In this document: in pieces, positions 1-12,703 of the stretch | Layout of the letters: each line of letters opens with the position of its first letter | Position numbering within the stretch: the first letter of the stretch is position 1 | Source: Chiloscyllium plagiosum | Taxonomy: Eukaryota | Length of the DNA: 64,000 nucleotides | Reading direction: 5' to 3' | Assembly (NCBI RefSeq): GCF_004010195.1 | Contig: NC_057729.1 | Location: 56,814,792-56,878,791 of the forward strand | Translations under genes and position numbers: made by a program | Notes under the pieces: model-generated | Databases searched by the model: none | What the model was told of the DNA's origin: nothing | Seen by the model: only the letters and a program-made list of their open reading frames with translations

Positions 1-76
1 ATTATTTCTGTAAGATTGTATAATAGGCCTTTTTGGGCTTCAGCATGATGATTAGAATACTGGGAATGTTTAGAGT

Positions 77-1889
77 TATGATGCTAGCCCTCTTAGTATT
101 GGGATTTTGTCACATATCATTTTCATATGTATTATTAATGGTTCCTGAGTCTGATAATAGACACTGATGCATGCAGCTTAGTAAATTGTGGGGATGTAGC
201 TAATCAAAGACAGTACCGCAGCTCTGAGATACATCTTAAGTCCTATGGGGATGGCCTTGGGGTGGTACCTGGTATAATGGTCTTGTCACAGTACACTGGG
301 CCCCCTTCCGACCAGCACGCGATTGTCTCGATAAGAAGTGTAACCCAATATACCTAACAATAAGGAAAACCACGTGGCGCGATGCAATTCTGGGGCGGGG
401 GGGGGGCATATATGAGATACAATTAAATGAAACATTTGGGATTGAAATGAAAACAAATGGGAAGGAGTTCGTGGGCTGTTGTTTTCGAACTAGCGTAGGA
501 CAGGGAAAACGGGTAGAATTACTGGATAATGAGATACAATATTTCACCCCTCCCGATGATCCTAAAGTAGTAAAAATTATATAAGTAAAAGATTTGAAAC
601 AGACCATCGAGATAGAAACTGGGTACGGGGATACAAATGCCTGGGTTGAATGGGTAAAGTATACTGTAAAAAGTCTGAACAAGAGCAATTGCTATGCATG
701 TGCCTCCGGTAGGTCAGTGGCCCAGGTGGTTCCCTTTCCGCTCGGGTGGAAGCGAGACAGAAAGGGCATGAAATGTATGATAGCCCTGTACCAGGATGAG
801 ATTGCATGGAATGATATGAATTGTACCTCCCTATCTCTAATGTTCCCTCCCTTGGAGAAGAAAGATGTAAAAGTTCCCCCCACATTTTCCGCCGCAGTTG
901 GAAATCACACGTCGTGTGTGCGCAGGCAAGGCACAAGTCGGTCGAGAGATTTGGGGGAGCTGAGATTAAGAATGTTACCGAGACGGACAAGGGAGGGAAC
1001 TACTCAGCACTAAAGTTTCCCCGAGCGGATCTGTGGTGGTACTGTGGAGGCAAAATATTAAGACCCACCCTACCTCCGGATTGGAGAGGGATATGTGCAA
1101 TTGTACAATTGGCAATTTGAGAAGGAAAAGATCGTAGGGAAAACGGGAAGAGGTAAGAGATTACTGTTAGATACTTCTTTTGATGACAGGATTTATCTTA
1201 ATTCGGTAGGAGTCCCTAGGGGAGTACCTGATGAATTCAAAGCTCGTAGCCAGATTGTAGCAGGCTTTGAGTCAGCTCTCTTTTGGTGGGTAACAATTAA
1301 TAAAAATGTAGATTGGATAAAATACATTTTTTATAATCAATAGCGATTTATAAATTATACAAGAGAGGCGGTTAAAGGAATATCAGAACAGCTTGATGCG
1401 ACAAGTAGGATGGCATGGGAAAACAGAATAGCCCTTGATAGGATTTTAGCAGAAAAAAGGTTGTGTGTATGTGATGTTAGGAGGAAGCTGTTGTACCTTT
1501 ATTCCTAATAATACTGCGCCTGATGGTTCAATTACTCGAGCCTTACGGGGATTGACTACTTTAGCAGAGGAACTGGCTGAGAATTCAGGAGTAGACACAT
1601 CTCTCACGGGATGGCTTGAAGCCTGGTTTGGGAAATGGAAGGGGGTGGTGGTTTCTATCCTTACTTCCCTGATAGTAGTAGTCGGGGTATTTGTGGCCAT
1701 TGTCTGTTGTGTCATACCCTGAATACGAGGGCTCACCCAAAGACTGATTGAAACAGCCTTGATTAAACAGATGCTCCTAAGAGGGAATCAGACAGAAGAA
1801 CTTTATCGGATAAATAATGAGGAGATGAGTGAGACCAAGATGGATGAAATCTCTGAAATGATGCTTGCGAATTTTGGGAACGATGTTTA
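77..1889 (+). pseudogene. env: Endogenous retrovirus env (gamma-type, fish class-I ERV-like), disrupted by stops and frameshifts
   Basis: Stitched frames give a hydrophobic leader (MMLALLVLGFC), an SU CxxC (CYAC), a furin site RGKR, an ISD-like ENRIALDRILAEK, a degenerate CX6CC (YVMLGGSCC) and a TM helix VVVSILTSLIVVVGVFVAIVCCVIP. In-frame stops at 1341 and 1720; frameshifts near 950, 1115 and 1458. Confidence 0.9.
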
Positions 1890-1928
1890 AAAAAAGAGAC
1901 AAAAAGGCAGAAGATAACAAATGGTAAT

Positions 1929-1946
1929 GAAAAGAAAAAGGGGAAA
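1929..1946 (+). other. Polypurine tract of the ERV
   Basis: GAAAAGAAAAAGGGGAAA immediately before the TG that starts the LTR. Confidence 0.8.
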
Positions 1947-1947
1947 T

Positions 1948-2604
1948 TGTGGGATATAGGTGAAATAATGTTATTTCTGCAAATTATAAGATCTAATACA
2001 GAGTAAATGAATTCACATTAGTCTGTGATTGTTTTCTCAGCTAGGAGCTGAGTTAGCAAAAATGGGAACTATATAGAGGAAGGACTTAGCATGAGACGTG
2101 ATTACAGAACAATGGTAGAAATACAGACTCGAGATAAAATGCTGTGAAAAGAGGCCTTTATAAACAGTAGGTTTCCCACTTGTACAGAGACACAGGAACA
2201 AACGCCAATTAAAAGGGTTTACTGATAAGATGCTGTGAGGGGCAGCGCAGTTGGAGGGAGTAGATAATGGTAAGCAAAGGATGGGATGACGTCAAACAAC
2301 TTTATGGGGGTCCAGAGATAGGCATTTGTCATGGACAAGGCCGGATAAACAGAAGTTGTGGGATCAGTCTTAAGGAAATGAATGGCGTAAGCGGAGGATG
2401 GGGCCAAACAATGGAATAAGGAAAAAATATGGGGATTCAAACTGTATAAATTGCGAGAGTTTGTTGGATTTGGTATGCATTTGTCATTGCCTTACCTGGC
2501 ATTAGACATGGCACCCACTTGCAAGTGTACAAATAAACGACACTGTTTCAGATTTTTGGTCTCGGACTGAAATTATTGAAGTGAGTGAGCTTTTGTTTCT
2601 CACG
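1948..2604 (+). mobile_element. ERV 3' LTR
   Basis: Begins TGTGGGA after the PPT and ends TCTCAC(G). Contains CRE TGACGTCA 2287-2294, TATAAA 2445-2450 and AATAAA 2532-2537. Its 3' part is repeated at about 3020-3461. Confidence 0.85.
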
Positions 2605-2882
2605 AGAGAGAGAGAGAGAAATTGAGGGAGGGATAGCATGTGATGCAAAATCTGACACAGGGCGGAAAAGAGGTCTCCACAGGAAGGATAGTCAGTGAGG
2701 CCATTCAGGGGACAATCCTGAGGATCCTGAAAAGGACCAGGATCATTTAATGGGGGAGAGGGGATGATGGGCAGAAAGGACTCCATCTGTGATGCAAAAC
2801 TTCTGTAATTCTGGGACTGGGATCTTCCTGTGCATTAAAACAGCCACAGGCCAGTCAGTCAACCCAGACTCATTTACCGGTG

Positions 2883-3000
2883 TGAGAAAGTGAGGACTGC
2901 AGTTGCTGGAGAGTCAGAATCTCAAAGTGTGGAGCTGGGGAAGCACAGCAGGTCAGGAAGGAAAGTCGATGGTTCAGGCCTGACCTGCTGTGCTTTTCCA
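2883..3000. mobile_element. Short Penelope-like terminal fragment with partial inversion
   Basis: GAGAAAGTGAGGACTGCAG...GCACAGCAGGTCAGG followed by inverted CCTGACCTGCTGTGCTTTTCCA; same family as 12704-12911, 35039-35163 and 41723-41864. Confidence 0.65.
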
Positions 3001-3461
3001 TATGGGCAAACAGGAAAGCATCTGTTTCCCCCTACTCGGAGACACAGGAACAAACCCTAATCAAAGAGGTCAAAGTGGCCTCTGGATGGAAATAGATGCT
3101 GATAGAAGAAAAGATATGCCTAATCAATAATCTATAATAGACTGACGTCAAACACCCTTATGGGAGTCAGAGATAAGAGTTTGTCACGGACAAGACAGGA
3201 TAAACAGAAGTTGTGGGATAAGTCTTAAGGAAATGAGTGACATAAGCGAAGCAGGGAACAAACAATGGAATAAGGAAAACATATGGGAAAAAACTGTATA
3301 AATTTTGAGAGTTTGTTGGATTCGGTGTGCATTTCTAATTGCCGTACCTGGCAATTAGACAAGGCACCCACTTGCAAGTGTACAAATAAAACGACGCTGC
3401 TGTTTCAGATTTTTGGTCTCGGACTGAAATTATTAAAGTGAGTGAGCTTTTGTTTCTCACA
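3001..3461 (+). mobile_element. Second, 5'-truncated LTR of a related ERV subfamily
   Basis: Clear similarity to 2171-2604 (GAGACACAGGAACAAAC, TGACGTCA at 3143-3150, ACTGTATAAAT, AATAAA); ends in canonical TTTCTCACA. Confidence 0.8.
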
Positions 3462-4180
3462 GTGTGTAATGGCTTGGTACAGGAATTGCTTTGCCCAGGG
3501 CCATAAGAAACTACAGAAAGTTGTGCACACAGTCCAGACAATCACGGACATCAACCTCCCATCCATGGACTCCATTTACACTTCCCGCTGCTGCAGAAAG
3601 GCTGCCAACATCAACAAAGACCCCACCCACCCTGGTAATTCTCTCTTCCAACCTCTTCTGTTAGTCAGCAGATACAGAAGCTTGAACTTACACAGGTTCA
3701 AGAACAGGTCTTTCCCCGCTGTTATTAGACTGCTGAATAGATTGAATTGAAATGAATTGAATTGAATTTATTGTCACATAAAAGGCACAGTGAAAAGCTT
3801 TGTCTTGTGAGCAATACAGGCAGATCACAGACTTAAGTAGTATAGTTAAGTAAATAATAGGTAAATAGTGGCAAAAACAAAAAAACACAGGTACAGGCAA
3901 AGGCTAAGAGTTTGTGAGTCCATTCAGTATTCTAACAACAGTTGGGTAGAAACTGTTTTGAAACCAGCTGTGCGTGGACCACTCTAATTTCAAATCTAAT
4001 GTTGATCCTGCTTTTGCGCATCACCCGTGCAACCATAACCTTGTGTGCCTCACTCTAAGTACCCTATGATCTGTATGTCCTTGTTTGTTATGATCTACCT
4101 GTACTGCTTGCAAAACAAAACTTTTCACTGTACTTAGGGAGATATGACAGCAATACATCAAATCAAATTAAATCAAATCG
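3462..4180 (+). mobile_element. Rex1/Babar-type LINE 3' end, interrupted by an inverted 3'-end fragment (about 3745-3975)
   Basis: ORF 3442-3750 reads AWYRNC...KKLQKVV...LPSMDSIYTSRCCRKAANINKDPTHPG...RFKNRSFPAVIRLLN, typical of the Rex1/Babar C-terminus; short AATCA-type tail. Confidence 0.75.
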
Positions 4181-4189
4181 GGTGAAGGA

Positions 4190-5065
4190 ACCCCTGGGGG
4201 CAGTGATCATAATGTGAAAAAATTCATTCTGCAGTTTGAAAGGGAGAAGCTGGAATCAGATGTAACGGTGGTACAATTGAATAAAGGAAACTACAAAGAC
4301 ATGAGGGAGGGGCTGGCCAGAGTTTATTAGAAGGGGACCATAGCAGGGAAGATGGAGGAACAGCAATGGTGGGGGTCTCTGGGAGTAATTCGAGAGGCAC
4401 AGCAGAAATTCATTGCAAGGAAGGAAGAAGCATTCTTAGGGGAGAATGAAGCCAGCATGGCTGACAAGGGAAGTCAGGGATAGCATAAAAACAAAGGAGA
4501 AAACATCCAAACTGGTGACGATTAGTAGGAAGCCAGAGGATTAGGAAGTTTTTAAAAATCAGCAGAAGATAATAAAAAAAGCAATAAGGGAGGGGAGAAG
4601 ATGAAATGTAAGAGTAAGCCAGCTGGTAATATAAAAGAAGACTTTAAGAGTTTTATTTAGATATATACATCTCTATGACTCTATCAGAGAGAGGCAAGAG
4701 TTGACATTGGATCACTGGAAAATGAGGCTGGAGAAGTAGTAATGAGGAACAAAGAAGCAGCGGAGGAACTGAGTAGGTAGTTTGCATCTGTTTTCACAGA
4801 GGAAGATGCCAGCAGTATACCAGAACTTCAAGACAGTCAGGGGCAGAAGTGACTGTAGTGGTCACCACTGAGGAGAAGGTGCTGGGGAAGCTGAAAGGTC
4901 TGAAGGTGGATAAATCAACTGGAACGGATGGACCACACCCAAAAGTTCCAAAGATAGCTGTGAAGATTGTGGTGGCATTGATAGTGATCTTTCAAGAATC
5001 ATTTCAGCCAGGGAGGATCCCAGAGGACAGGAAAATGGCTAATGTGACAGCCTTGTTTAAGAGGG
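4190..5065 (+). mobile_element. CR1 LINE ORF2 fragment (tether to RT start)
   Basis: LKVDKSTGTDGPHP and RIPEDRKMANVTALFK, degenerate forms of CR1 KSPGPDG and PEDWxxANVTPLFK. Confidence 0.85.
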
Positions 5066-5719
5066 TAAGTTTAGAAAGGGATTGGAAAAATCCTCAAAGT
5101 GGAAAAAGTTACTGGGTTCAGGGTACAAATCAGGGAATAAAGACCATGTCATCATTCTATTTATTTTGAGACTGAACTGAAGTAAAAAGTTACTGTTTTG
5201 AACCGAGGCGACTGTGCAAAGAGATGGCTGATGTTATAAAAATGGTGTTTACTGGAGCACGTTGTGACTTTATGTTGCTTTTACCTGGCACAGAGACAAC
5301 AAACAGACAGAAAGGAGCCAATGGGTTCAGATGGAGGGGTCAATTACTTGACAACAACAACCTGCTCTCTATTGGTCTGTTATTCCTGTGAACTGCTTTG
5401 GAAAATTTATTTTATAGTGAAGCAACCCTAATGCAAAAGCTGGGTTGAAATAGACATTCATTTTTATTTGACCTCGACCCCTGAGCACCTGTTAAATCAC
5501 CTTGTGCAAATAACTTATATCTCAGCAGCAGGTTATAAATAAACTCCTCTCGACTCAAAGCCTGACTGATCTTGCAGGAGACACCACAGCTAGGTTCGGG
5601 GGAGGGGATGAGTGAAGGGGAAGAGCTTATTGTGGAATCTCAGAGGGTAAAGAGCAGCCTGCAAGGTCTAATTTCACTGGGAAAATATTCCTGTGCAAGT
5701 ATTCACATGCTGTTGTCAA

Positions 5720-5796
5720 TTTAAAAATCACATAACACCAGGTTATCACCCGACAGGTTTAATTGGAAGCACACTAGCTTTCAGAGCGCCGCTCCT
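5720..5796 (-). mobile_element. Partial copy of the hammerhead-bearing Penelope-like terminus (family A)
   Basis: TTAAAAATCACATAACACCAGGTTAT...GGAAGCACACTAGCTTTCAGAGC matches the left arm at 49881-49956. Confidence 0.8.
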
Positions 5797-6469
5797 CTGT
5801 TGGTATAGAGTAATTGGCAGATTTTGCTGCTGTGCATTTGAGTTATAGCATCATAGACTGTTACAGTGTGGAAGGCCATTCAACCCTCCATATCCATGCC
5901 AGCTCCCTGCCAGAGTAAATCATTTAATCCCATCACTCCAGCCTTTTCCACATAGCACCTCCATCTCCTTTCTGTTCGGATAATTATACAATTCCCTTTT
6001 GAAGGCCTGCAGTTCACTGGTGGGAAGTCCACATCCCAAACACTTGTTGCAGTAAAGAAGTTGACACAAGTTTGATAAAATATGTCATGTATGCAGCATA
6101 CAGCCACTTCTGTATGAGCGAGGATCAAAGCCCAGTCCAAAAGGAGGAAAGGACAATAACTATCCTCCTCCATGGCAGAGCTCCACCTCAGGGAGAGGGT
6201 GGTCACTGGGCCTTGAACACTGGGCCTGAGTTATCCAGCCTGCGCAGGGCCTGAAGCCTCACAGAGACGGTGAGTGGAGTTTCACAGGGGTATGAAGTAT
6301 AGGCTTTGGTTAGAAATGTGACAAAATCGCAAGAGAAGCCCAGTGAGTCCTATCTCGACGTCGGGAGAAATGAGCTGCATCTTATAACGAGATCCCAGGC
6401 GTTGAGGCAAGATTCCTGCTTGGAAGTGGACAGTTGCTGATTAAAGGGGATTGTTAATGACGTTAATAA

Positions 6470-6722
6470 ACGGGAGGGGCACAGTGACTCAGAGACCTGG
6501 GTTCAATTCTCAACCTCAAGTGTCTGTCTGTGTTGGTTCCTTCCGGGTGCTCCAGTTGTCTCCCACAGTCCAAAGATGTGCAGGTTAGGTGGATTAGCCA
6601 TGGGAAATGTGGGGCTATGGGGATGGGGTGGAGTGGGGCCATAGGATGATATTCAGTGGGTCAGTGCAGACTCAATAAGTTGAATAGCCTCTTTCCACAC
6701 AGTAGGGATTCTATGATTCTAT
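6470..6722 (+). mobile_element. Degenerate HE1/V-SINE-like SINE
   Basis: B-box-like GGTTCAATTC, V-domain TCCGGGTGCTCC...CCCACAGTCCAAAGATGTGCAGGTTAGG and CR1-like tail ATTCTATG. Confidence 0.7.
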
Positions 6723-7046
6723 AACTGCACAGCTGTCCTTAATAAGGTGCAGCATCCTGTCCTACCACCTGCTGCGAGCAAACAAGACACCAAGAAAATC
6801 TCGACAGAGCGGGTACTTGGCAATTTCAGCTTACCACTGCCTGTGAACATTCTCCATGTTTCTCAGCATCAAATAGCATCTTGGGCACCAACTGCACACT
6901 CCCCTCAGAGGCTGACATTTGCCAACCTCTCAGGATCCTCGTGACTCCTCTGCAACACACGTGCAGGATGCTTAGGGAGCACAGAGCTGCATAGTAGGGC
7001 ACATCAGCAACAGGCAAAGACACTGTGCACACAGGGTCAGGTGACC

Positions 7047-7262
7047 AGCTCACAGACTGGGCCTAGCACCCTGCTCACAGACTGGGCCCAACACCCAGCT
7101 CACAGACTGGGCACAGCACCCAGCTCACAGAATGGGCACAGCACCCAGCTCACAGACTGGGCACAGCACCCAGCTCACAGACAGGGCCCAGCACCCAGCT
7201 CACAGACTGGGTCTAGCACCCAGCTCACAGACTGGGCCCAGCACCCAGCTCACAGACTGGCA
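7047..7262. repeat. Minisatellite, 25-bp unit, about 9 copies
   Basis: Unit CAGCTCACAGACTGGGCNCAGCACC repeated head-to-tail. Confidence 0.95.
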
Positions 7263-7276
7263 TTTCCTCACAGATG

Positions 7277-7660
7277 GGATTCACCTCCCTACACCGGCCT
7301 TCAGTCTGGGACTCATCTCCCTACACTAGCCTCCAATCCAGGACTCACCTCCCTACACCAGCCTGCAATCTGGGACTCACCTCCCTACACCAGCCTCCAA
7401 TCTGGGACTCACCTCCCTGCACCAGCCTTCAATCCAGGACTCACCTCCCTACACCAGCCTCCAATCCAGGACTTACCTCCCTACACCAGCCTCTAGTCTG
7501 GGACTCACCTCCCTGCACCAGCCTCCAATCCAGGACTCACCTCCCTACACCAGCCTCCAATGCAGGACTTACCTCCCTACACCAGCCTCCAATCCAGGAC
7601 TCACCTCCCTGCACCAGCCTCTGGTCTGGGACTCACCTCCTTACACCATCCTCTGGACTG
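7277..7660. repeat. Minisatellite, 32-bp unit, about 12 copies
   Basis: Unit (G/A)GGACTCACCTCCCTACACCAGCCTCCAATC(T/C) repeated head-to-tail. Confidence 0.95.
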
Positions 7661-8014
7661 CCTCCTGTCCCCTCTGAGTAAGTTTTAAAAGTTATTTTTT
7701 TAAAAAAAACACAAGAAAAGAGAAAAAGAAAAAGAATGGGTGGAGCAGAGGAGCTCTGGCAGGAGCATCCTACTCTGCCGCCATCTTGAAACAGTCTAGG
7801 CTCATATAAATGGGTTGGATGAATGGTGGTGAGGTGGTCAAAGGCTGCCAGGTGCCCAAGTGAGTGAGTAAGGACAGCACAGAGTCCATGCTTAAGGGAG
7901 GGGCAGGGCTTAGGTTAGGGGGATGTTTTGGTGAGAGGAAATAGTGCAGCAAGTCCTGAGAGTGGGAGTTGTGTGCAGTGGCAGATTGAGTGTGAAATGG
8001 CAGAGAGAAGAGGG

Positions 8015-8240
8015 CTCTCACCTGACCAGACCAGAGATGGTTATTCACCTTCTGGTGACATTCCTGGCTATTCCTGCACACCATGAAAATGGCAGTGACC
8101 TTGGTGGCCACCTTGGACCAGACGCCAGGGTGTGTGGCATAGTCCCTCCTGCTGGTCCTCCCAGAAATGGATGGCCCTCCTGTGGACCAATCCCTGTTGG
8201 AGAATCATGGTACCACCTTCCCCTGCTCTGACACCTTCGG
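8015..8240 (-). mobile_element. PIF/Harbinger-type Myb/SANT-like protein remnant
   Basis: Minus frames read ILQQGLVHRRAIHF...W.KVATKVTAI...RNSQECHQKVNNHL, resembling the trihelix Myb pattern W.EVA..V.A...RT..QCRKK.NDL. Confidence 0.5.
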
Positions 8241-8699
8241 ACCGATTGCCAATAACTGAGGAGGGCAGCTGGGGACAAGTTGATCTTGGAACGGTGAGTG
8301 GTAAAGTGGGGCTAGAATCAGGCAAGAGGGTCACTATACAGACATGGTAATAGTTAATGAGGCAGGTTTGGTGAGATATGGCAAGAGACCTCATTAAGCC
8401 TTGTGGAGAGAAACCCTCCACGAAACACATTGAAACACACTGTCCAATACATTTAACTGTAGTTACATGATACAAGTAAACACAGACATCTGTCTTACTC
8501 TGAACTTACTATGATGTAGATGTCCATCAGCAGCCAAGGCTTGTCTTTTATTTATAAAGTGCAGATCTTTGGCAGGAAGGGTGTCTTGTAAGTAAACATG
8601 CACATGACCTGTAACTTGAAGATACATTGTCAGAGATAACATCACTGTGATGTTATCCCTTTAAATGACTACATCCTCACAACATAATCACTCAGTTAA

Positions 8700-9860
8700 A
8701 ATGAAAGAACTGCGGATGCTGTAAATCAGAAGATAAAACAGAAGTTGCTGGAAAAGCTCAGCCGGTCCGGCAGCATCTGTGGAGAGAAATCAAAGTTAAG
8801 ATTTTGGATCCAGTGATCCTTCCTCAGAACTGATGGTTGCTGGGAAAATGTTGGTTTATATATCTATATTTTTATTCAAGTTCACAAAAGATTACAACAC
8901 ATAACAATCACTGAACACCAGAGAATTAGTGATGCCAATATAGGACACATCAAATCTCATAGTAAACAATAACAAAACATCATAGAAACTGAGTGAAACA
9001 ACGACACTGAATGTTGGTTTATATACAGAAGATAGGGTGGTGGGGTTAGAGTCCAAGAGAGAGAAGGACGGTTGGACAGACAAAGGATTGGATAATGATC
9101 TGGCTGGGAGGGTGAATAGCTGTTAATGGAGACTGTTAATGGCTAACAATAGGTAGTGTGTAATGGCAGACTGTGAAATAACAAGGCCTGGTGCGTGGGG
9201 TTGGGGCTAGGATGTGGCAGAGTTCAGGCCCTAAAGTTACCGAACTCGATATTGAGTCCGGAGGGCTACAGGGTCCCGAGTGGAAAATGAGGTGCTGTTC
9301 TTCCAGGTTGTGCTGAGCTTCGCCTGAGCACAGAGCAAACCTGAAACAGAGATGTTGGCTGGGGAACAGGGTGGGGTGTTAAAGTGGCAGGTTAATGGGA
9401 AGCTCAGGGTCTCTTATGCAGGCAGAACATAGATGTTCTGCAAAGCAGTCACCCAATCTATGCTTCGTTTTCCCAATGCAACAGAGACCACATTGTGAAC
9501 AGTAAATGCAGTAGATTAGATTGTGTGAAGCGCAGGTAAAGTGCTACTTCACCTGGGAGGTACGTTTGGGCCTTTGGATACTGAGGAGGGAGGAGGGAAG
9601 TGAGCAGGTGTTACACCTTTGGCGATTGCATGGGAAGGTGCCGTTGGAATGTGGCAGGATGTTGGGAGTGAAGGAAGAATGGATCAGGTTGTCCCGAAGG
9701 GAATGTCTCCTGCGGAAGGCGGACAAGGGAGGGGAGGGGAATATGTTTCTGGTGGTGGCACCTCACTGGAGATGCCAGAAATGACAGCTGATGATCTTCT
9801 GGATGTGGATGCTGGTGGAATGGAAGGTAAGGTCAAGGGGAACCCTATCACTGTTCTGAA
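8700..9860 (-). mobile_element. Penelope-like element 3' portion (GIY-YIG endonuclease plus terminus with degenerate hammerhead)
   Basis: Minus strand encodes AFRRRHSLRDNLIHS...FPCNRQRCNTC and HFTCASHNLIYCIYCSQCGLCCIGKTKHRLGDCFAEHL; terminus CTGAGGAAGGATCACTGGATCCAAAA at about 8794-8832. Confidence 0.85.
8863..9009 (-). mobile_element. Short non-LTR 3'-end insertion inside the Penelope-like element
   Basis: Flanked by a 16-bp direct repeat AATGTTGGTTTATATA (8847-8862 and 9010-9025); AATAAA near its minus-strand end. Confidence 0.7.
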
Positions 9861-9979
9861 GAGTCAGTCACCCTTCCCCTGCTCTCACATTCATTCTGAT
9901 GTGCATACATTTTCTCTTATTGAAGTAAAGACTTCTGGGACAGGGCAGGTGTAGAGCATGTGTCAGCTGTGTGACAATT

Positions 9980-10350
9980 GTTAGATCCTAAAATTCAGTT
10001 CCCGTGACACCTGCAGGTTCTGCGCTCCAGGTGCCAGTATGGAACCATGTGCCAACTTGGAGCCAGATTCCTTCACACTCCTTGACAGTGACATGAGCCT
10101 GTCTGGCAGGCTTGCCAAGGCACTAGACGTTTCTTTGTGCTTGTCCGTCAGCATTTTCCTGCATGCCACTTAAACATGCCCACAGCAGAAGAACCTGTAT
10201 ATGACTTCACCAGCTGAGAGCTGACTGACATCTGGGCTACCCTTTACCCCTGCCCTAGCTACAGACTCCTCATGCCCAGTTGCTCACCACCTATAGATCC
10301 TGCCTCTATGTCACCGTCTAAAGTGTCCCCAGTGGCGTGGGAACTGGAGG
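9980..10350 (-). mobile_element. Possible Harbinger-associated protein C-terminal remnant
   Basis: RKMLTDKHKETSSALASLPDRLMSLSRSVKESGSKLA resembles coiled C-terminal segments of Harbinger Myb-partner proteins; recognition from memory only. Confidence 0.3.
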
Positions 10351-10759
10351 TTGACAGCATGAGATTGACTAATTAATTAATTAATTAATCAGTTAACTAA
10401 CTAATTCTCTTCTTCATTGGGTTCTTGTTACTCTTGAACGTTGGAGTCTCAGACCAGTTCATGGCCTGGTAGTAGTTCTTGATAGTCTGAAATGACAAAG
10501 TCATAATACTGTTTTCCTTGGAGAATAGATGGCTATGAGCAGTCTGGACAGGATAGACCGTGAGAAATCCTTCCCAAACATAAAAGGTTCAAGAACAAAA
10601 GGACATAGATTTAAAGTGATTTGTAAAAGAGGAAAAAGAAACCCAAAGAAATGTGGAGGCTGGAAATCAGAAACAAAAACAGAAACTGCTGGGAGAATTC
10701 AGCAGGTCTGGCAGCAGGAGGTGGAATTAGTGATTCAGGTTCAGTGCCTCTTCTCCCGA

Positions 10760-11040
10760 ACAAGGGCGAGGGCCGCAGATACATGGGAACACCACTCCCC
10801 ACAAGTTCCCCCCAAGCCATTTATCCTGACTTGGAAATAGATCACTGTTCCTTCACTGTCACTGGGTCAGGTTTCTGGAACTCCCTCCCTTAGGGCATTG
10901 TGAGTCTACCTAGAGCACATGTACTGCAGTGGTTTAAGAAGACAGCTCACCACCACCTTCTCAAAGGTAATAGGGATGTGCAATTAATGCTGGTCCAGCC
11001 AAGGATGCCCACATCCCACAAGTAAATTTAAAAAAAAAAA
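10760..11040 (+). mobile_element. LINE 3' end (CR1/L2-group family with AATGCTGGCC tail)
   Basis: CTGGAACTCCCTCCCT...TTTAAGAAGACAGCTCACCACCACCTTCTCAA...AATGCTGGTCCAGCC...CCCACATCCCA followed by an A-run; same family as 24240-25370. Confidence 0.65.
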
Positions 11041-12703
11041 TCAGGCAATGTGCTCGGGTGGTATAATTTTATCTCTTTTTGCAATAAAACAAGTCCTTGA
11101 ATATAAATAAGAGTGGTGATGCTGCAGATCTTCCTTCAACTCTAAACTGTTGAGCATCCCAAGAAGAGTTACTAGAAATGCAACATTAACTTGGTTTCTC
11201 TCTCCACAGATGCTGCCAGACCTGTTGAGTTTCTCCAATAGTTTCTGTTTCTGTTTGCTTCAATGGGACTATGCCTGTTGAATTTTAACTCCACCTCAAA
11301 GCCCCATAGTCAGCAAAAATCTGGCTTCACATTAGCAGGACGGCCAAATTGATTGAAAATTCCAGAAACGTTGGTTAGCAGCAGATGTAGAACGTGGGAA
11401 ATCAGGGACACGTCCAGTCTCCATGGTGACTATGTATGCAGGAGGTATGGTCAGCTGCAGCTCCTGATTTACCACATTGAGCATCTGGAGATACGGATGG
11501 ACTCACGATAGAGCGTCCATGAGGCTGAGAATAATGTGGAAAGCATGTTTAGTGAGCTGGTCACACCACCAGTCAAGGCCACTCAGACAGATGGGTGACC
11601 ATCAGGAAGCCTAATAGATGTAGGCAGGCAGTGCAAGACTCCCCTGCTGCCATTTCTGTCTCAAACAGACATGCTGTAGCAGCAGCAGCAGCAGCTAGCA
11701 CCACAACTCGTACTGTTGTACAGCAGGGAGGGTCGAAGCTTAGGCAAGCAGTAATGATAGGGCACCCTACAGCCGGGGGACAGATAGACGTTTCTGAGTG
11801 AGACTCCAGGAAGATGTATTGCCTTCCTGGTGCCCAGGTCAAGGATGTCTCCAAGCGAGCACAGGACATTCTGAAAAGAGAGGGTTACCAGTCAGAGGTC
11901 ATGATCCATATTGGCACCAGCGAAACAAGCAGGAAGAGAGATAAGGTCCTGCTAAATGAGTTCAGGGACTAAGATAGGAAGTTGAAAAGCAGGACCTCTG
12001 GGGTTGGAATCTTGGGATAATTCCCTGTGCCATGTGCTAGTAAGACCAGAAATAGGAAGATAATACAGTTGAATACATGGCAAAGGAGCTGGTGTAGGAG
12101 GGAGGGTTTCAGATATCTAGATCATCAGGATCTCTTCCAGGGCAGGTGTGACCTGTACAAGAAGGACAAATCACACGTAAACTGGAAGAGCACCAATAAT
12201 CTGACAGGGAGGTTGGCTACTGCCACTCGGGAAGGTTTAAACTAGCGTACAGGGGAAGCAGGAACCAGAGCAGTAAGTCAGTATGAAGAGTGATTGAGGA
12301 GAAGGTAGAGGTTAAATCAAGTAAATCTAATTGGAAGAACTGACAGGGCTTTGTTAATGAACACAGCTGGACTGGAGATCTGAAGTTCAATTATTTTAAT
12401 GCAAGGAGTATAACAGGTAAGGACAATGAGCTTAGAGCCTGCGTGGATCTACAATGTTGTAGCTATTACAGAAACTTAGCTGAGAGAAAGGCAGGACTGG
12501 CAGCTCCAAGTTCCAGGTTTTTGATGTTTCAGGTGTGATATAGAGGCATGTGAAAGGAGTGAGGGAGATCCATCACTGACTCAGGAGAATGTCACAGCTG
12601 TATTACATGAGGACATCTTGGAGGGCTGATCCAGCGTGCCATGTAGGGAGAATTTAGGAATAAGGAAGGTGCATTTGTTATGGTAGGGCTATACTACACA
12701 CCT

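Noticed and set aside
7041-7681. ORFs of 151, 65 and 135 aa, and a CRISPR-like appearance
   Set aside because: Translations of head-to-tail minisatellites; there are no unique spacers and no cas genes, and the context is vertebrate.
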